Shown in pieces: positions 1 through 9,500 of a stretch of 64,000 nt of DNA. Numbering within the stretch: position 1 is the first letter of the stretch; each line of letters starts with the position of its first letter. The stretch comes from an uncultured Planctomycetaceae bacterium (GTDB taxonomy: Bacteria; Planctomycetota; Planctomycetia; Planctomycetales; Planctomycetaceae). Where the stretch lies: assembly GCA_963815195.1 (NCBI GenBank), contig CAWFGE010000013.1:800001-864000 (forward strand), written 5' to 3'. The position numbers and the translations under genes are program-made. The notes beneath the pieces are model-generated. The model was not told the origin of the DNA. It made no database searches and saw only the letters and a program-made list of their open reading frames with translations.

Positions 1-270
1 CAGCGACGTGGTCCGCGGAAAGTCAAACGACAACACGACCAGGTTGGCGCAGAACAGACCCAAAAACGCGAGGCTGACCAATTCATTCACATCGTCTGTG
101 GGATCGTTTCCGCGGGCCCAAATGATAATCGCCGCCACAATCGCGGCGACCAGCGAGGGATACAGAAACACGATCTTCGGATAGCTGATGAGGTAAATGC
201 TGCTGGGAACCTGCCGTTCCGCAGGCTTGACATCGGGCGCGGCGTCTTGGGGGGCGGCTTCGTTCGACAT
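1..270 (-). CDS. hypothetical membrane protein (runs off the window start)
   Basis: Read by hand and absent from the ORF track. ATG at 270 follows AAAAGGA. Translation MSNEAAPQDAAPDVKPAERQVPSSIYLISYPKIVFLYPSLVAAIVAAIIIW...LVSLAFLGLFCANLVVLSFDFPRTTSL has two hydrophobic segments and stays open to base 1. Confidence 0.75.
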   Translation of the reverse strand, partial: MSNEAAPQDAAPDVKPAERQVPSSIYLISYPKIVFLYPSLVAAIVAAIIIWARGNDPTDDVNELVSLAFLGLFCANLVVLSFDFPRTTSL

Positions 271-888
271 GGGCCATCCTTTTTATGGGATTCGTGTTGT
301 ATCGCGCAAAAGGCGGGCGGAGACGGGTTCGCGAATGCGTTTTACTGTATCTGGCAATCCGCCGAGTTTCCAGACCGCACACGATAGGCGCTCCGCCGCG
401 TTCACGCAACCTCGCCCTTTCCGTTTCAGATTGACGTAGAACCGCCAACGCGGAACGCCGCAACCAACGTCGTGGCAAAGCCACCGCTGCGGAAGATGCG
501 TGCCGCCTACCCAGCGAAAATTGGACTCACCCTCACCAACGGAAAACACGTTCCGGCGGATCCTTGGTTTGAAGCGAATTTCCTTCCAACAGCACCGGCA
601 CCCCGCGTCCATCCGCCCGCGCCAACCGCCGGGCTTTTCGGTTCACGAAATCATGGGGCTGACGCCCCACGCCCGCCTTGACGCAATCGAACCGCGTTTG
701 GTGGACCGAACCAAACCCGCCCGCTATGATGGCCCAAAGTTGGCGGGGAATCCATTGAATTTTAAGAGACAAAGGCCGCAACGGAGCAAAGGCCACAAAG
801 TGAGAAGCAGAGGTTTTCGAGTTCGGGAATCGCGAAGCGATGGCAGGCTTTGGGCGTCAGCGAAGGTTTCTAAAGTTTCTACTATGAT

Positions 889-903
889 CCGGGGCTAGCG
901 CCC
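889..903. repeat. REP-like element, family B (CCGGGGCTAGCGCCC)
   Basis: Same core at 6497-6512 and, reverse-complemented, at 57192-57206. Confidence 0.6.
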
Positions 904-999
904 TCGCCTAATAAATGCGACATTTACTTATCGAACGATCCTTACGGTTAATGAAAATCACCATCCGAAACAGTTTCCTTCCTGGGATTTGGGTTTGTT

Positions 1000-2187
1000 A
1001 TGAAAATTCATGAGTATCAGGCGAAGAACTTGCTGAAGTCGGCGGACGTGGCGGTGCCTCGGGGCATCGTCGTCAAAACCGCCGACGATGCCGCCAAGGC
1101 GTTTGAATCGTTGGGCGGCAAAATCGCGGTCGTCAAATCGCAAATCCACGCCGGCGGCCGGGGCAAGGGGCGGTTCAAACAGCACCCCAAACAGCCCGGC
1201 GTCGTTCTGGTCAAATCCGCGAATGAGGCCCGTGAAAACGCCGCCCGCATGCTGGGCAGCACCCTCGTCACCATCCAGACCGGCGAGGAAGGCAAAACCG
1301 TTCACACGCTGTTCGTCGAAGAAGGCCTCGACATCGCCCGCGAACTCTACCTGGGCGTCGTCGTGGACCGCGAAGCCGGCGGCCCGGTGGTCATCATGTC
1401 CTCCGAAGGCGGCATGGAGATCGAAGAAGTCGCCCAGCATTCGCCCGAAAAAATTTTTCAAGAGCCGTTTCACACCGGCTACGGATTGTTCGGTTTTCAG
1501 GCCCGGCGGTTGGCGTATCGGCTGGGCTTGGACGGTGCCGCGGTGCGGAGTGCCGAGGATTTCCTGCCCAAGTTCTGCAAGTTCTTTGTCGAGAACGATT
1601 GCAGCATGGCCGAGGTCAACCCGCTGGTGCTCACGGCCGATCAAAAGCTGATCGCCCTCGATGCCAAGGTAAGCTTTGACGACAACGCTCTCTATCGGCA
1701 TCCCGAGTTTTCGGAACTTAGGGACTTAAACGAAGAAGAACCCAACGAAGTCCAAGCCGCGAACGCGGGGCTGTCTTACGTCAAGCTGGAAGGCAATATC
1801 GGCTGCCTGGTCAACGGGGCGGGGCTGGCGATGAGCACGATGGACCTCATCAAGCTCCACGGCGGCGAGCCGGCGAACTTCCTCGACGTGGGCGGCGGGG
1901 CGAACGTCGATCAGGTCACCGAAGCCTTCCGCATCATCCTCGCCGATGACAACGTGAAAGCGATCCTGGTCAACATCTTCGGCGGGATCATGAAATGTGA
2001 CACCATCGTCACCGCGTTACTTGAAGCCTACGACAAAATCGGCATCACGGTGCCGTTGGTGGTCCGGCTGGAAGGCACGAACGTGGAAATCGCCCGCAAG
2101 ATGCTCGGCGAAAGCGGCAAAAAAATCATCACCGCCACCGACCTCACCGACGCCGCGAAGAAAGTCGTGGGCACATTGAATGCCTAA
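1000..2187 (+). CDS. sucC: succinyl-CoA synthetase beta subunit
   Basis: MKIHEYQAK start; [49 protein letters not shown]. Confidence 0.98.
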   Translation: MKIHEYQAKNLLKSADVAVPRGIVVKTADDAAKAFESLGGKIAVVKSQIHAGGRGKGRFKQHPKQPGVVLVKSANEARENAARMLGSTLVTIQTGEEGKTVHTLFVEEGLDIARELYLGVVVDREAGGPVVIMSSEGGMEIEEVAQHSPEKIFQEPFHTGYGLFGFQARRLAYRLGLDGAAVRSAEDFLPKFCKFFVENDCSMAEVNPLVLTADQKLIALDAKVSFDDNALYRHPEFSELRDLNEEEPNEVQAANAGLSYVKLEGNIGCLVNGAGLAMSTMDLIKLHGGEPANFLDVGGGANVDQVTEAFRIILADDNVKAILVNIFGGIMKCDTIVTALLEAYDKIGITVPLVVRLEGTNVEIARKMLGESGKKIITATDLTDAAKKVVGTLNA

Positions 2188-2216
2188 AGGCGAGCGGGGG
2201 GCGTAAGCCCCCTGGT
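2186..2216 (+). repeat. left arm of perfect 31-bp inverted repeat (REP-like family A)
   Basis: AAAGGCGAGCGGGGGGCGTAAGCCCCCTGGT is the exact reverse complement of 3326-3356. It has an internal GGGGGC-GTAA-GCCCCC hairpin and overlaps the sucC stop codon. Confidence 0.95.
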
Positions 2217-2251
2217 TATCTGGGTGAACCGCCAGAACGCGAGCAAGTTGT

Positions 2252-2690
2252 ATGCTCATCCAATGCAAAAGCTGCAACGTGAATTTTGAAAAGTCGCTTG
2301 GGCAAATGCCCCGTTTGCGGAGACGCCGTCACGTTTTCCAAGGCGGAAATCCGCCAACAACATGCAGTCGGAGTGCAGAGAATGGTATGCGACAAGGAAC
2401 GCCGCTGAACGAGATTCTGGTCATCTGGTAGGGACGGTTGAATTGCCCGCTCCAGAGGTTGACACGATCATTCTGTTAGCAAAGCAATACCGACGCGAAG
2501 CGGCGAAAGGACGCGGTTGGCAAGCAGCCGTCATTGGCATGGCGACAATGGGGGTGGGTATCGGTCTTGCCTATCTGACGTTTGTAGACATTTTATAGCC
2601 GCGAGTCTTATTCTCGGGGTGGCGTTTTATTCGCCGGAGGGCTATGCACTAGCATTTTGACCGGATGGGACATCACGGGAGATAGAGCTA
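2252..2690 (+). pseudogene. frameshifted small zinc-ribbon/membrane protein (includes ORF 2362-2598)
   Basis: ATG 2252 gives MLIQCKSCNVNFEKSLG. A one-base shift continues with KCPVCGDAVTF (second CxxC). ORF 2362-2598 ends in a TM-like stretch and hydrophobic coding continues past its stop in another frame. End coordinate is approximate. Confidence 0.4.
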
Positions 2691-2697
2691 AAAAACC

Positions 2698-3306
2698 ATG
2701 TTGATTAACATGTTACTAGACCATTTTCACCCCCCACTATCGGAACGTCGGCATCCACATTCGTTTCTGTTGTCGTGGGTCGTCAGCATAGCGGTATGGT
2801 TGAATGAGCAGCTACCGAAAGGCTGGTTCGCAGAGCCGATTGTGATCTTGCACAATGATGTGAATCAAAAGTTTGCCGTTCATGTTCATTTTGAAAACGG
2901 GGAAATAGTAGCCATCGTTTCCTTGGTTACCCCAGTGACAAAGGGGCATAAGATACCTCGGGATCTTTTCATTTCAGCTTGTGCAACCCAGGTGAAAAAG
3001 GGCACCGGACTGGTCCTTATTGATATTGTCACGACTCGTGATGTTGATATGCACAGGAATTTGCATCAGGTTTTGAATCCAAGTGCGAAACGACAAATCA
3101 AAACGCCCCGGTTTGCAGCAGCATATCATCAAAGCGGGCGACGCAGGGAAATGGAATTTGACATTCAACTCGAACCATTAAGCATCGGCGGAGCGCTCCC
3201 GACGATGCCTCTGTACCTCAAAAACGGGCCGCTGGTTCCGGTCGATCTGGCGGAGACCTACCAAAAGGCACTCAAAGCGGTGCGAATTGATTTCAATGAA
3301 GTTTGA
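2698..3306 (+). CDS. DUF4058 family protein
   Basis: N-terminal LDHFHPPLSERRH and C-terminal LSIGGALPTMPLYL...VPVDLAETYQKA match my recollection of this planctomycete family. Codons are visibly AT-richer than sucC/sucD. Confidence 0.7.
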   Translation: MLINMLLDHFHPPLSERRHPHSFLLSWVVSIAVWLNEQLPKGWFAEPIVILHNDVNQKFAVHVHFENGEIVAIVSLVTPVTKGHKIPRDLFISACATQVKKGTGLVLIDIVTTRDVDMHRNLHQVLNPSAKRQIKTPRFAAAYHQSGRRREMEFDIQLEPLSIGGALPTMPLYLKNGPLVPVDLAETYQKALKAVRIDFNEV

Positions 3307-3325
3307 CTATCACGAGTTCAAAATG

Positions 3326-3356
3326 ACCAGGGGGCTTACGCCCCCCGCTCGCCTTT
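3326..3356 (-). repeat. right arm of perfect 31-bp inverted repeat (family A)
   Basis: ACCAGGGGGCTTACGCCCCCCGCTCGCCTTT is the reverse complement of 2186-2216. Confidence 0.95.
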
Positions 3357-3391
3357 GATTTTTAATCTCAACAGACAACGGACAAAATCGA

Positions 3392-4270
3392 ATGAGCATC
3401 TTAGTCGATAAAAACACCAAAGTGATTTGCCAGGGCATTACCGGGCGGGCGGGGCTGTTTCATAGCCAGAAGTGCCGGGAGTACGGGACGCCGATTGTCG
3501 GCGGGGTGACGCCGGGCAAGGGCGGCACGGACGTGGACGGGTTTCCGGTGTTTAACAGCATCGAAGACGCCCGCCGCAAAACCGGGGCGAATGCGACGAT
3601 GGTCTTCGTCCCGCCGCCCTATTGTGCCGACGCCATCATCGCCGCGGCCAACGAGGGCATCGAACTCATCGTGGCGATCACCGAAGGCATTCCGGTGCTC
3701 GATATGGTCAAGGTGATGAACTGCATCCAAGGGACGGGGGCGCGATTGATCGGGCCGAACTGTCCCGGCGTGATCACGCCCGGCATCGCCAAGCTGGGGA
3801 TCATGCCGGGCTATATCCATCAGCCGGGCCCGGTCGGTCTCATCAGCAAGAGCGGCACCCTGACGTATGAAGCCGCCTGGCAGTTGGGGAACGTCGGCTT
3901 GGGGCAATCGACCTGCGTGGGGATTGGCGGCGACCCGATCATCGGGACGACGTTTATCGATCTCCTTGAAATGTTCGAGGAAGACGACGCCACCGAGGCG
4001 ATCTTGATGATCGGCGAGATCGGCGGGAACGCGGAAATCCGCGCGGCCGAATACATCCAGGAGCACATCACCAAACCCGTCGCCGCGTTCATCGCCGGCA
4101 AGACCGCCCCCCCGGGAAAACGCATGGGCCACGCGGGGGCGATCATCTCCGGCGGCAGCGGGACCGCGGCGGAAAAAATCGCAGCCCTGGAAGCCGCGGG
4201 CGTCATCGTCGCCGAAAGCCCCGCCGACATGGGCACCGCCGTAAAGCGGGCGATGAAAGAGAAGAAGTAG
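3392..4270 (+). CDS. sucD: succinyl-CoA synthetase alpha subunit
   Basis: [51 protein letters not shown] (phospho-His motif). Confidence 0.98.
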   Translation: MSILVDKNTKVICQGITGRAGLFHSQKCREYGTPIVGGVTPGKGGTDVDGFPVFNSIEDARRKTGANATMVFVPPPYCADAIIAAANEGIELIVAITEGIPVLDMVKVMNCIQGTGARLIGPNCPGVITPGIAKLGIMPGYIHQPGPVGLISKSGTLTYEAAWQLGNVGLGQSTCVGIGGDPIIGTTFIDLLEMFEEDDATEAILMIGEIGGNAEIRAAEYIQEHITKPVAAFIAGKTAPPGKRMGHAGAIISGGSGTAAEKIAALEAAGVIVAESPADMGTAVKRAMKEKK

Positions 4271-4286
4271 ACTGGAGAGAAACCGA

Positions 4287-4509
4287 TTTTAACGCAAAGG
4301 CGCAAAGGGAAGACGCAGAGAACCGCAAAGAAGAGCCGAGCCATGACGGGCGTTTGGATCTCAGATTTGCCTCGCTCGTCCGTCGAACCGTTATGGAGGA
4401 AATGATTTCGTTTTCCCTTCGCGCCCTTTGCGTCTTCTCTTTGCGTCTTTGCGTTGAAAACTCATTTCCCCATTGAACGCGAAGCGTCCTTTGCGCCTTT
4501 GCGTTAAAA
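4287..4509. repeat. REPIN-like inverted repeat unit, family C (TTTTAACGCAAAGGCGCAAAGG)
   Basis: 4287-4308 is the perfect 22-bp reverse complement of 4488-4509. A longer imperfect right arm lies at 4417-4460 and a further arm at about 26152-26180. Confidence 0.85.
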
Positions 4510-4534
4510 ACTCTTTTCACACTGAACCTGAAAC

Positions 4535-5566
4535 ATGAAAATCGGATTGGTCGGTTATCAAGGCGGCGGGAAGAGCACGATTTTCGAGCTGCTCACCGGG
4601 ACGAAGGCGGATATCGCCAAGGCGCACAGCGGGCAGGTCGGCGAGGCGATTGTGCCCGATGAGCGGTACGACCGCCTGGTGGCCCATCACAACCCGAAGA
4701 AGGAAGTCCCGGCGAAGATTCAGGTGCTCGACACGCCGGGTCTCAGCCGGAACCAGCAGGACGCCAACGCCCAGAAGCTGGGGATCATCCGCGAGGCCCA
4801 GGTGCTGGTGCACGTCGTCGGGGTGTTTGCGGGGGCGGATGCGGCCGCCGACGCCGAGGCTTTTGAGGACGATCTGATCCTCGCCGATTTGCAGGTGGTC
4901 AACAACCGCGTGGAGCGTTTGAAGAAAGACATCACCAAGCCCCGCCCCGACCGCGAGGAGCTGCAAAAGGAGCTCGAAGCCCTTACGCCCATCGTGGGGT
5001 GCCTGGAAAACGGCCGGCCCGTGCGGGAACTCGAACTCGAGGAATCTCAGGAAAAAGCTAGCCGCTCGTTTTCGCTGTTGACGCTCAAACGGCAACTGTT
5101 GGTTTTGAACACGGCCGATTCCGATGTGGATCAATCCGTCGTCGAGAAACTGAAAGCCCAAGGCCTGCCCGTCGTCGCGGCTCCGTTTGGCTTGGAGTTG
5201 GAACTCGCGGCACTCCCCGAAGAAGAGCGGGCCGAGTTCGCGGCCGAGATGGGCCTGGGCGAACCGTCGCGGAGCCGGCTGCTCAGAAGCATTTTTGAAG
5301 TCACCGATCAGATCACGTTCTACACCTCCGGAGAGAAGGAAGTCCACGCCTGGCTCCTCAAGCGCGGCTCCACCGTGCTCGAAGCGGCGGACACGATCCA
5401 CAGCGACCTGGCCCGCGGCTTCGTGCGGGCCGAGGTCTGGCCGGTCGATGATTTTCTGAGACTCGGCTCCGAACGCGACCTCAAAGCCGCGGGCTTGAAC
5501 CACATCGTGGGCAAAGAATACATCGTCCAGGACGGCGATGAGATCTTTATCCGCTCCGGCGTGTGA
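4535..5566 (+). CDS. YchF/Obg-family P-loop NTPase with C-terminal TGS (DUF933) domain; divergent paralog
   Basis: MKIGLVGYQGGGKST (G1); DTPGL (G3); ITFYTSGEKEVHAW; IHSDLARGFVRAEV; GKEYIVQDGD. Confidence 0.88.
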   Translation: MKIGLVGYQGGGKSTIFELLTGTKADIAKAHSGQVGEAIVPDERYDRLVAHHNPKKEVPAKIQVLDTPGLSRNQQDANAQKLGIIREAQVLVHVVGVFAGADAAADAEAFEDDLILADLQVVNNRVERLKKDITKPRPDREELQKELEALTPIVGCLENGRPVRELELEESQEKASRSFSLLTLKRQLLVLNTADSDVDQSVVEKLKAQGLPVVAAPFGLELELAALPEEERAEFAAEMGLGEPSRSRLLRSIFEVTDQITFYTSGEKEVHAWLLKRGSTVLEAADTIHSDLARGFVRAEVWPVDDFLRLGSERDLKAAGLNHIVGKEYIVQDGDEIFIRSGV

Positions 5567-5754
5567 TTCCGAGGCGGGAAAAAACTGGGCGAAATAGGTG
5601 GTTTGGCATGCGCGTTGCAGATTTCTTCCGACGTGACACGGAGGAACTTGCGGGCTGGTTGAGACTGAAATTGGTCGCTCGCGGATCACACCTTGCGAAC
5701 ATTGACCGATGGCCGACCAGGGAGGACTTCCTGACCAGCAATGCGAGTCGAGCG

Positions 5755-6378
5755 ATGTCCACTGAAGTCTGCATCCACATCGCCAACCTGTTGTATCTCG
5801 CCTCCTATCTCTGCCGGGATATTTTGTATCTTCGGGGATTGACGTGTGCGGGCCTCGGGTTTGGGATTGTGTTCTTTTGCTCGCGGACGCAAGCCATGTT
5901 CACGCCGGCTGCGTGGATGGGCGTGTTTCTTGTCGTCAACCTCGTGCAGATCGGCCGGATTCTCCGCGAACGCTGGGCGAGGCGGTTGTCGCCGGAGCAG
6001 GCCGAAGTCAAACGGCTCCTGCTCGAGCGGCTCTCGGCGCCGAACTGCTCAATGTGCTTACGAAGTCGATTTGCGACAGCGACCGGCGCGGTCCTGCTGG
6101 AATGTTCGGCGGAGATCGAACTGGGCGAGGAGGAGGAACTGCTCCGCGATCTGGCGCTTGAGCGGTTGTCGGACGAGGAATTGATGCACCTCATCATCCG
6201 CCGATTTTGGCCGTCGCTCGAGCGGCTCTCTCGCGCGTGGCTCCGAAGCGCTGTCCGGCCTCGTCGGGCCACGATGGCGGTCGAGTTCCCAACGATTTTT
6301 CTGCCCGTGGAAAAAAACCACCGGCAGGAAAGTCTGTGTCACGACGGCAGGAAACTCTATGCCACCATCGCGGAGTGA
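5755..6378 (+). CDS. membrane protein with Popeye-like N-terminal TM domain
   Basis: HIANLLYLASYLCRDILYLRGL...WMGVFLVVNLVQI resembles bacterial Popeye/cNMP-associated membrane domains. A compensating frameshift pair is likely near 6040-6090, where the alternative frame reads AELLNVLTKSICD. Confidence 0.55.
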   Translation: MSTEVCIHIANLLYLASYLCRDILYLRGLTCAGLGFGIVFFCSRTQAMFTPAAWMGVFLVVNLVQIGRILRERWARRLSPEQAEVKRLLLERLSAPNCSMCLRSRFATATGAVLLECSAEIELGEEEELLRDLALERLSDEELMHLIIRRFWPSLERLSRAWLRSAVRPRRATMAVEFPTIFLPVEKNHRQESLCHDGRKLYATIAE

Positions 6379-6405
6379 TCGGCTTGGGATCCTTCGAGAA
6401 ACAAC

Positions 6406-6521
6406 TGAGCGGAATGGCGCTAGCCACCGGCTGGTGAAATGGCGCTAGCCACCGGCTGGAATGGCGCTTAGCCACCGGCTGGTGGAACGCGAAAAACCGG
6501 GGGCTAGCGCCCAGCCGCTCA
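6406..6521. repeat. REPIN-like unit, family B, with triplicated left arm
   Basis: Three tandem copies of AATGGCGCTAGCCACCGGCTGG (about 6413-6482), preceded by TGAGCGG and closed by the inverted arm CCGGGGGCTAGCGCCCAGCCGCTCA. Confidence 0.85.
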
Positions 6522-6541
6522 CAAAGTAGGTGGCTCCACCA

Positions 6542-9500
6542 TTACGAGACTTCTTCGTAGGCCGGTTCCTCGCCGTTAAGGATTCGCTGCCAGGCGGCTT
6601 GGAAGAGTTCGTCTACCGGTTGCAGCGGCAGAATGCGGCCGAGGGGCACGACCAGGCCACCTTCGCTGTTGCGGGTGATTTCATAGAGCGGCAGCTTCCA
6701 GGTTTCGAGGGGCAGGTGCGGGATTTTGAGGGCTTCCCAACCGCCGGGCAGAAAATAGTTCCGCCCCGCCCGCGCGCGTTTGGCCGAGAGCACGAGCGTT
6801 TTCTTTTCGAGTTCCTTGGCGGCTTTGTTGAACGCCGCCGTCGTCCAATCGTTCCAGGTCTTGATGTTGGCCGTCGTGCAATCGGGCAGCGTCAGAAACT
6901 GCAAATAAAGCGTGGCCGCTTCCCGGCTGAGCTTGTGTTTTTTCTCCACCTCTCGGGCGAGATCCGGGACGGACAGTTCGGGGTTGGTTTCATAACCGCC
7001 CTCGGGCACGGGCGTTTTCTTGATGCGGTCGCAGATCGCCTGGTAGCCTTCGGAGCGGATCCGCTTGACCGATTCCAACGATCGGCTTTCTTCGGATTCC
7101 TGCATGTTGTACGCCAACTCGTACATATGGGAAAGCCGTTCGACGTCTTTCTCCGATTTCAATTGGCCCGGGCGGAACGCGAGGTGGGTTTGATAGCCCT
7201 CGGCATAGCCCACGACCAGAGCCTCGTCCGCGGCCCAGCCGTCGCCCTGCTTTTGCGATTTTTTGCCCAGGGTTTTTTCGAGCAGGGTCTTGCCGGCGTC
7301 TTTGTCTTTTTCGTCGTAGGTGTGCCGCTGCGTTAAGGGAAGAAGCAGCTTCGCGCTTTTCAGGCAGTTCAAGGTCGCTTGATGGATCGCCGGGACGTCC
7401 TTGCGGGCCGGTTCGCCGACGGGGAGATGGTAGCTCAAAAACGGAATCGCAATCGCGGCCGCCGTGAGCGCGGAATCGTCAAACGTGTCGCCCGGCTTGT
7501 TGCTGGTCAATTCGGTCCAGTAACGATTCTCGTGCTTGCCATAGGACCACTCGGCATCCGCCGAGAACATCGGGTGCGTTTTGGGGGAGGCCAGAGCCAC
7601 GAGCATTTTGCCCTTGTCCACGCCATAGGGAAATGCATCGGCGAGTTGGTCGAGAACCTTGGGCGGGAGCGCGAGCCGGCGGGGGACGATTTTCTCCCAC
7701 GCCGCGCACAATCGATCGATAGCTTGGCCTCCGCCGTCGGTCCATAGCTCGGCGGGCGGTCCGCTCAACAGGGCTTCGAGCAGTTTCCCGCGGGCTTCGT
7801 CCGGAAGCGCCTTCAGCGATTGCCGGGCCGCCTCGGCTTCGGCCACCTTGAGCTTGAGCTGCTCCCGGAGTGGCTTGGGCAAAAAGTTCTTCTCCCACGT
7901 GCCGAAGTTCGGAAACCCGAACCACACCAGGCCGACTTCCGCGGGAGCGATCGCCAGCCGGTCGGCGATGGCGGCGAGTTGGTCCGGCTCCAGAAACGGC
8001 TTTTCGTGGCGCGGGCCCCCGCGAGGAACGCCTTCAGGGTTTCACCGCTCCAAGTGCTCTCGAATGTCTCTTCCGAACCGATTTCGTATTTGGGCAGCAG
8101 GTGGAACTTGCCGGCCGGGGCATATTCCAAAATCGACCAGTCGTCACCCCACCGCTGCGACAGAAAATACACGTTGCCCTGGTGGACATGGCCGATCCAG
8201 CCCTCGTCGCTCGTTTTCGACTTGGCTTTGACCGGCGGCGGACCGGAAAATTCGCCTTCCAATCGGCGGAACTTGCCCGGCAAGTCGAGCAATCCCAACT
8301 CGGCCCAATGTTCGAGGAAGTTGAGCCAGGCGTCATTGCCCGGCTCCGCTTTCCAATAGGCCGACCACACCCGGCTTTCCAGATGGTCCAACAATTCCCA
8401 CCAATCGAACGGCGACTCGGAGAGGGCGGGCGATTTTTTCTCGCCCGCAATAAAAGCCCGCACTTCGCCCAGGTGCGGGAACAAGGGCCCGCTGCCGCGC
8501 CAGCCCGTGTGGATGCCGAACACCGCCATCGCCGGATCGACGAAGGCTTCGAGGGCCGGGTCGAAGCTGAAGGACTCCGCCCCTTGGGGATCGCAGTTTT
8601 CGATCAGTTCCGAAAGCCGTTCCGCTTGCTCGCCGGCTTTGTGAACGACGCCCAACAGCCCCTTGAAGAGCCGGGGGTCCAGAAGTCCGCTGAGCCATTT
8701 CTTGAGTGCCGCTTCGGTGCCGGCAAGATCGGACAGCGGGTCTTCGATCTCGTCGGACTGTTCCAGATCTTTTTGCACCGCCTCGAACAATTTTTTCGCC
8801 TGGGCGTCGTTGATCGAGCGGAGCATTTTGGAGGTTTTCTCGTCGCGGACGCGGAACGCGTGCCAGAACAAGGGCGGAAAGCTCGCCGCCTGTCCGCGGT
8901 TGTAGGCTCCCATGTCTTCGCCCCACTCGGCGATGGCATAAGTTCCCGTGGGATCCCAAAGCTCGCAGTTGCTGTAGCCCCAACTCCAGCCGTAGCTGCC
9001 CGTGATCGGGAGCCGCCCGGAACCGCCCGGCTGATCCGCGAGGGCCGTTGCCGTGAAATCTTTCAATCCCCCCGACCACTTTCGGCCGTCGATGCCTTCG
9101 CATTCGATTTTGCCGGCTTTGGTCTTCCGCACTCGCCAGCCGACTTTGCCGTCTTGACTGCCCAGCGGCGAATCCTTGACCGCGTCGCCCAGGTGCAACA
9201 GCTCCGAGGCTCCTGCGAAAAGCTCCTCCCCGGATTTCAGATAATCCTCCAAGAACGAAGGCAACGACCAGCGGCCTTCCTTGCCGGTGCTCGGATCGAC
9301 TTCGCGGAAGCCGTGGCCTTCTTCGCGCCAACTCTGCGTCCAAAAGTGCGCGCCGTCGAACAGAAATTTGTTGGGCGTGTCGGGCGGTTCGGCATCCCCC
9401 GCGTGCACAACCCGGCGGCCGTTGTAGGTGCCGCCCTCTTTCAAATCGACCACGGCCCCGCCCATGCGGTCGCGGACGTAATGGTAGCATTCGGTCGCCT

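Noticed and set aside
280..999. ORFs or a structured RNA in the long gap before sucC
   Set aside because: The ORFs are Arg/Pro-rich with no motifs and I could not match any riboswitch or ncRNA. An Rfam scan would be needed to exclude one.
6413..6482. Three 22-bp repeats as a mini-CRISPR or iterons
   Set aside because: Gaps are 0-3 bp, the unit pairs with an inverted arm, and there is no rep gene.
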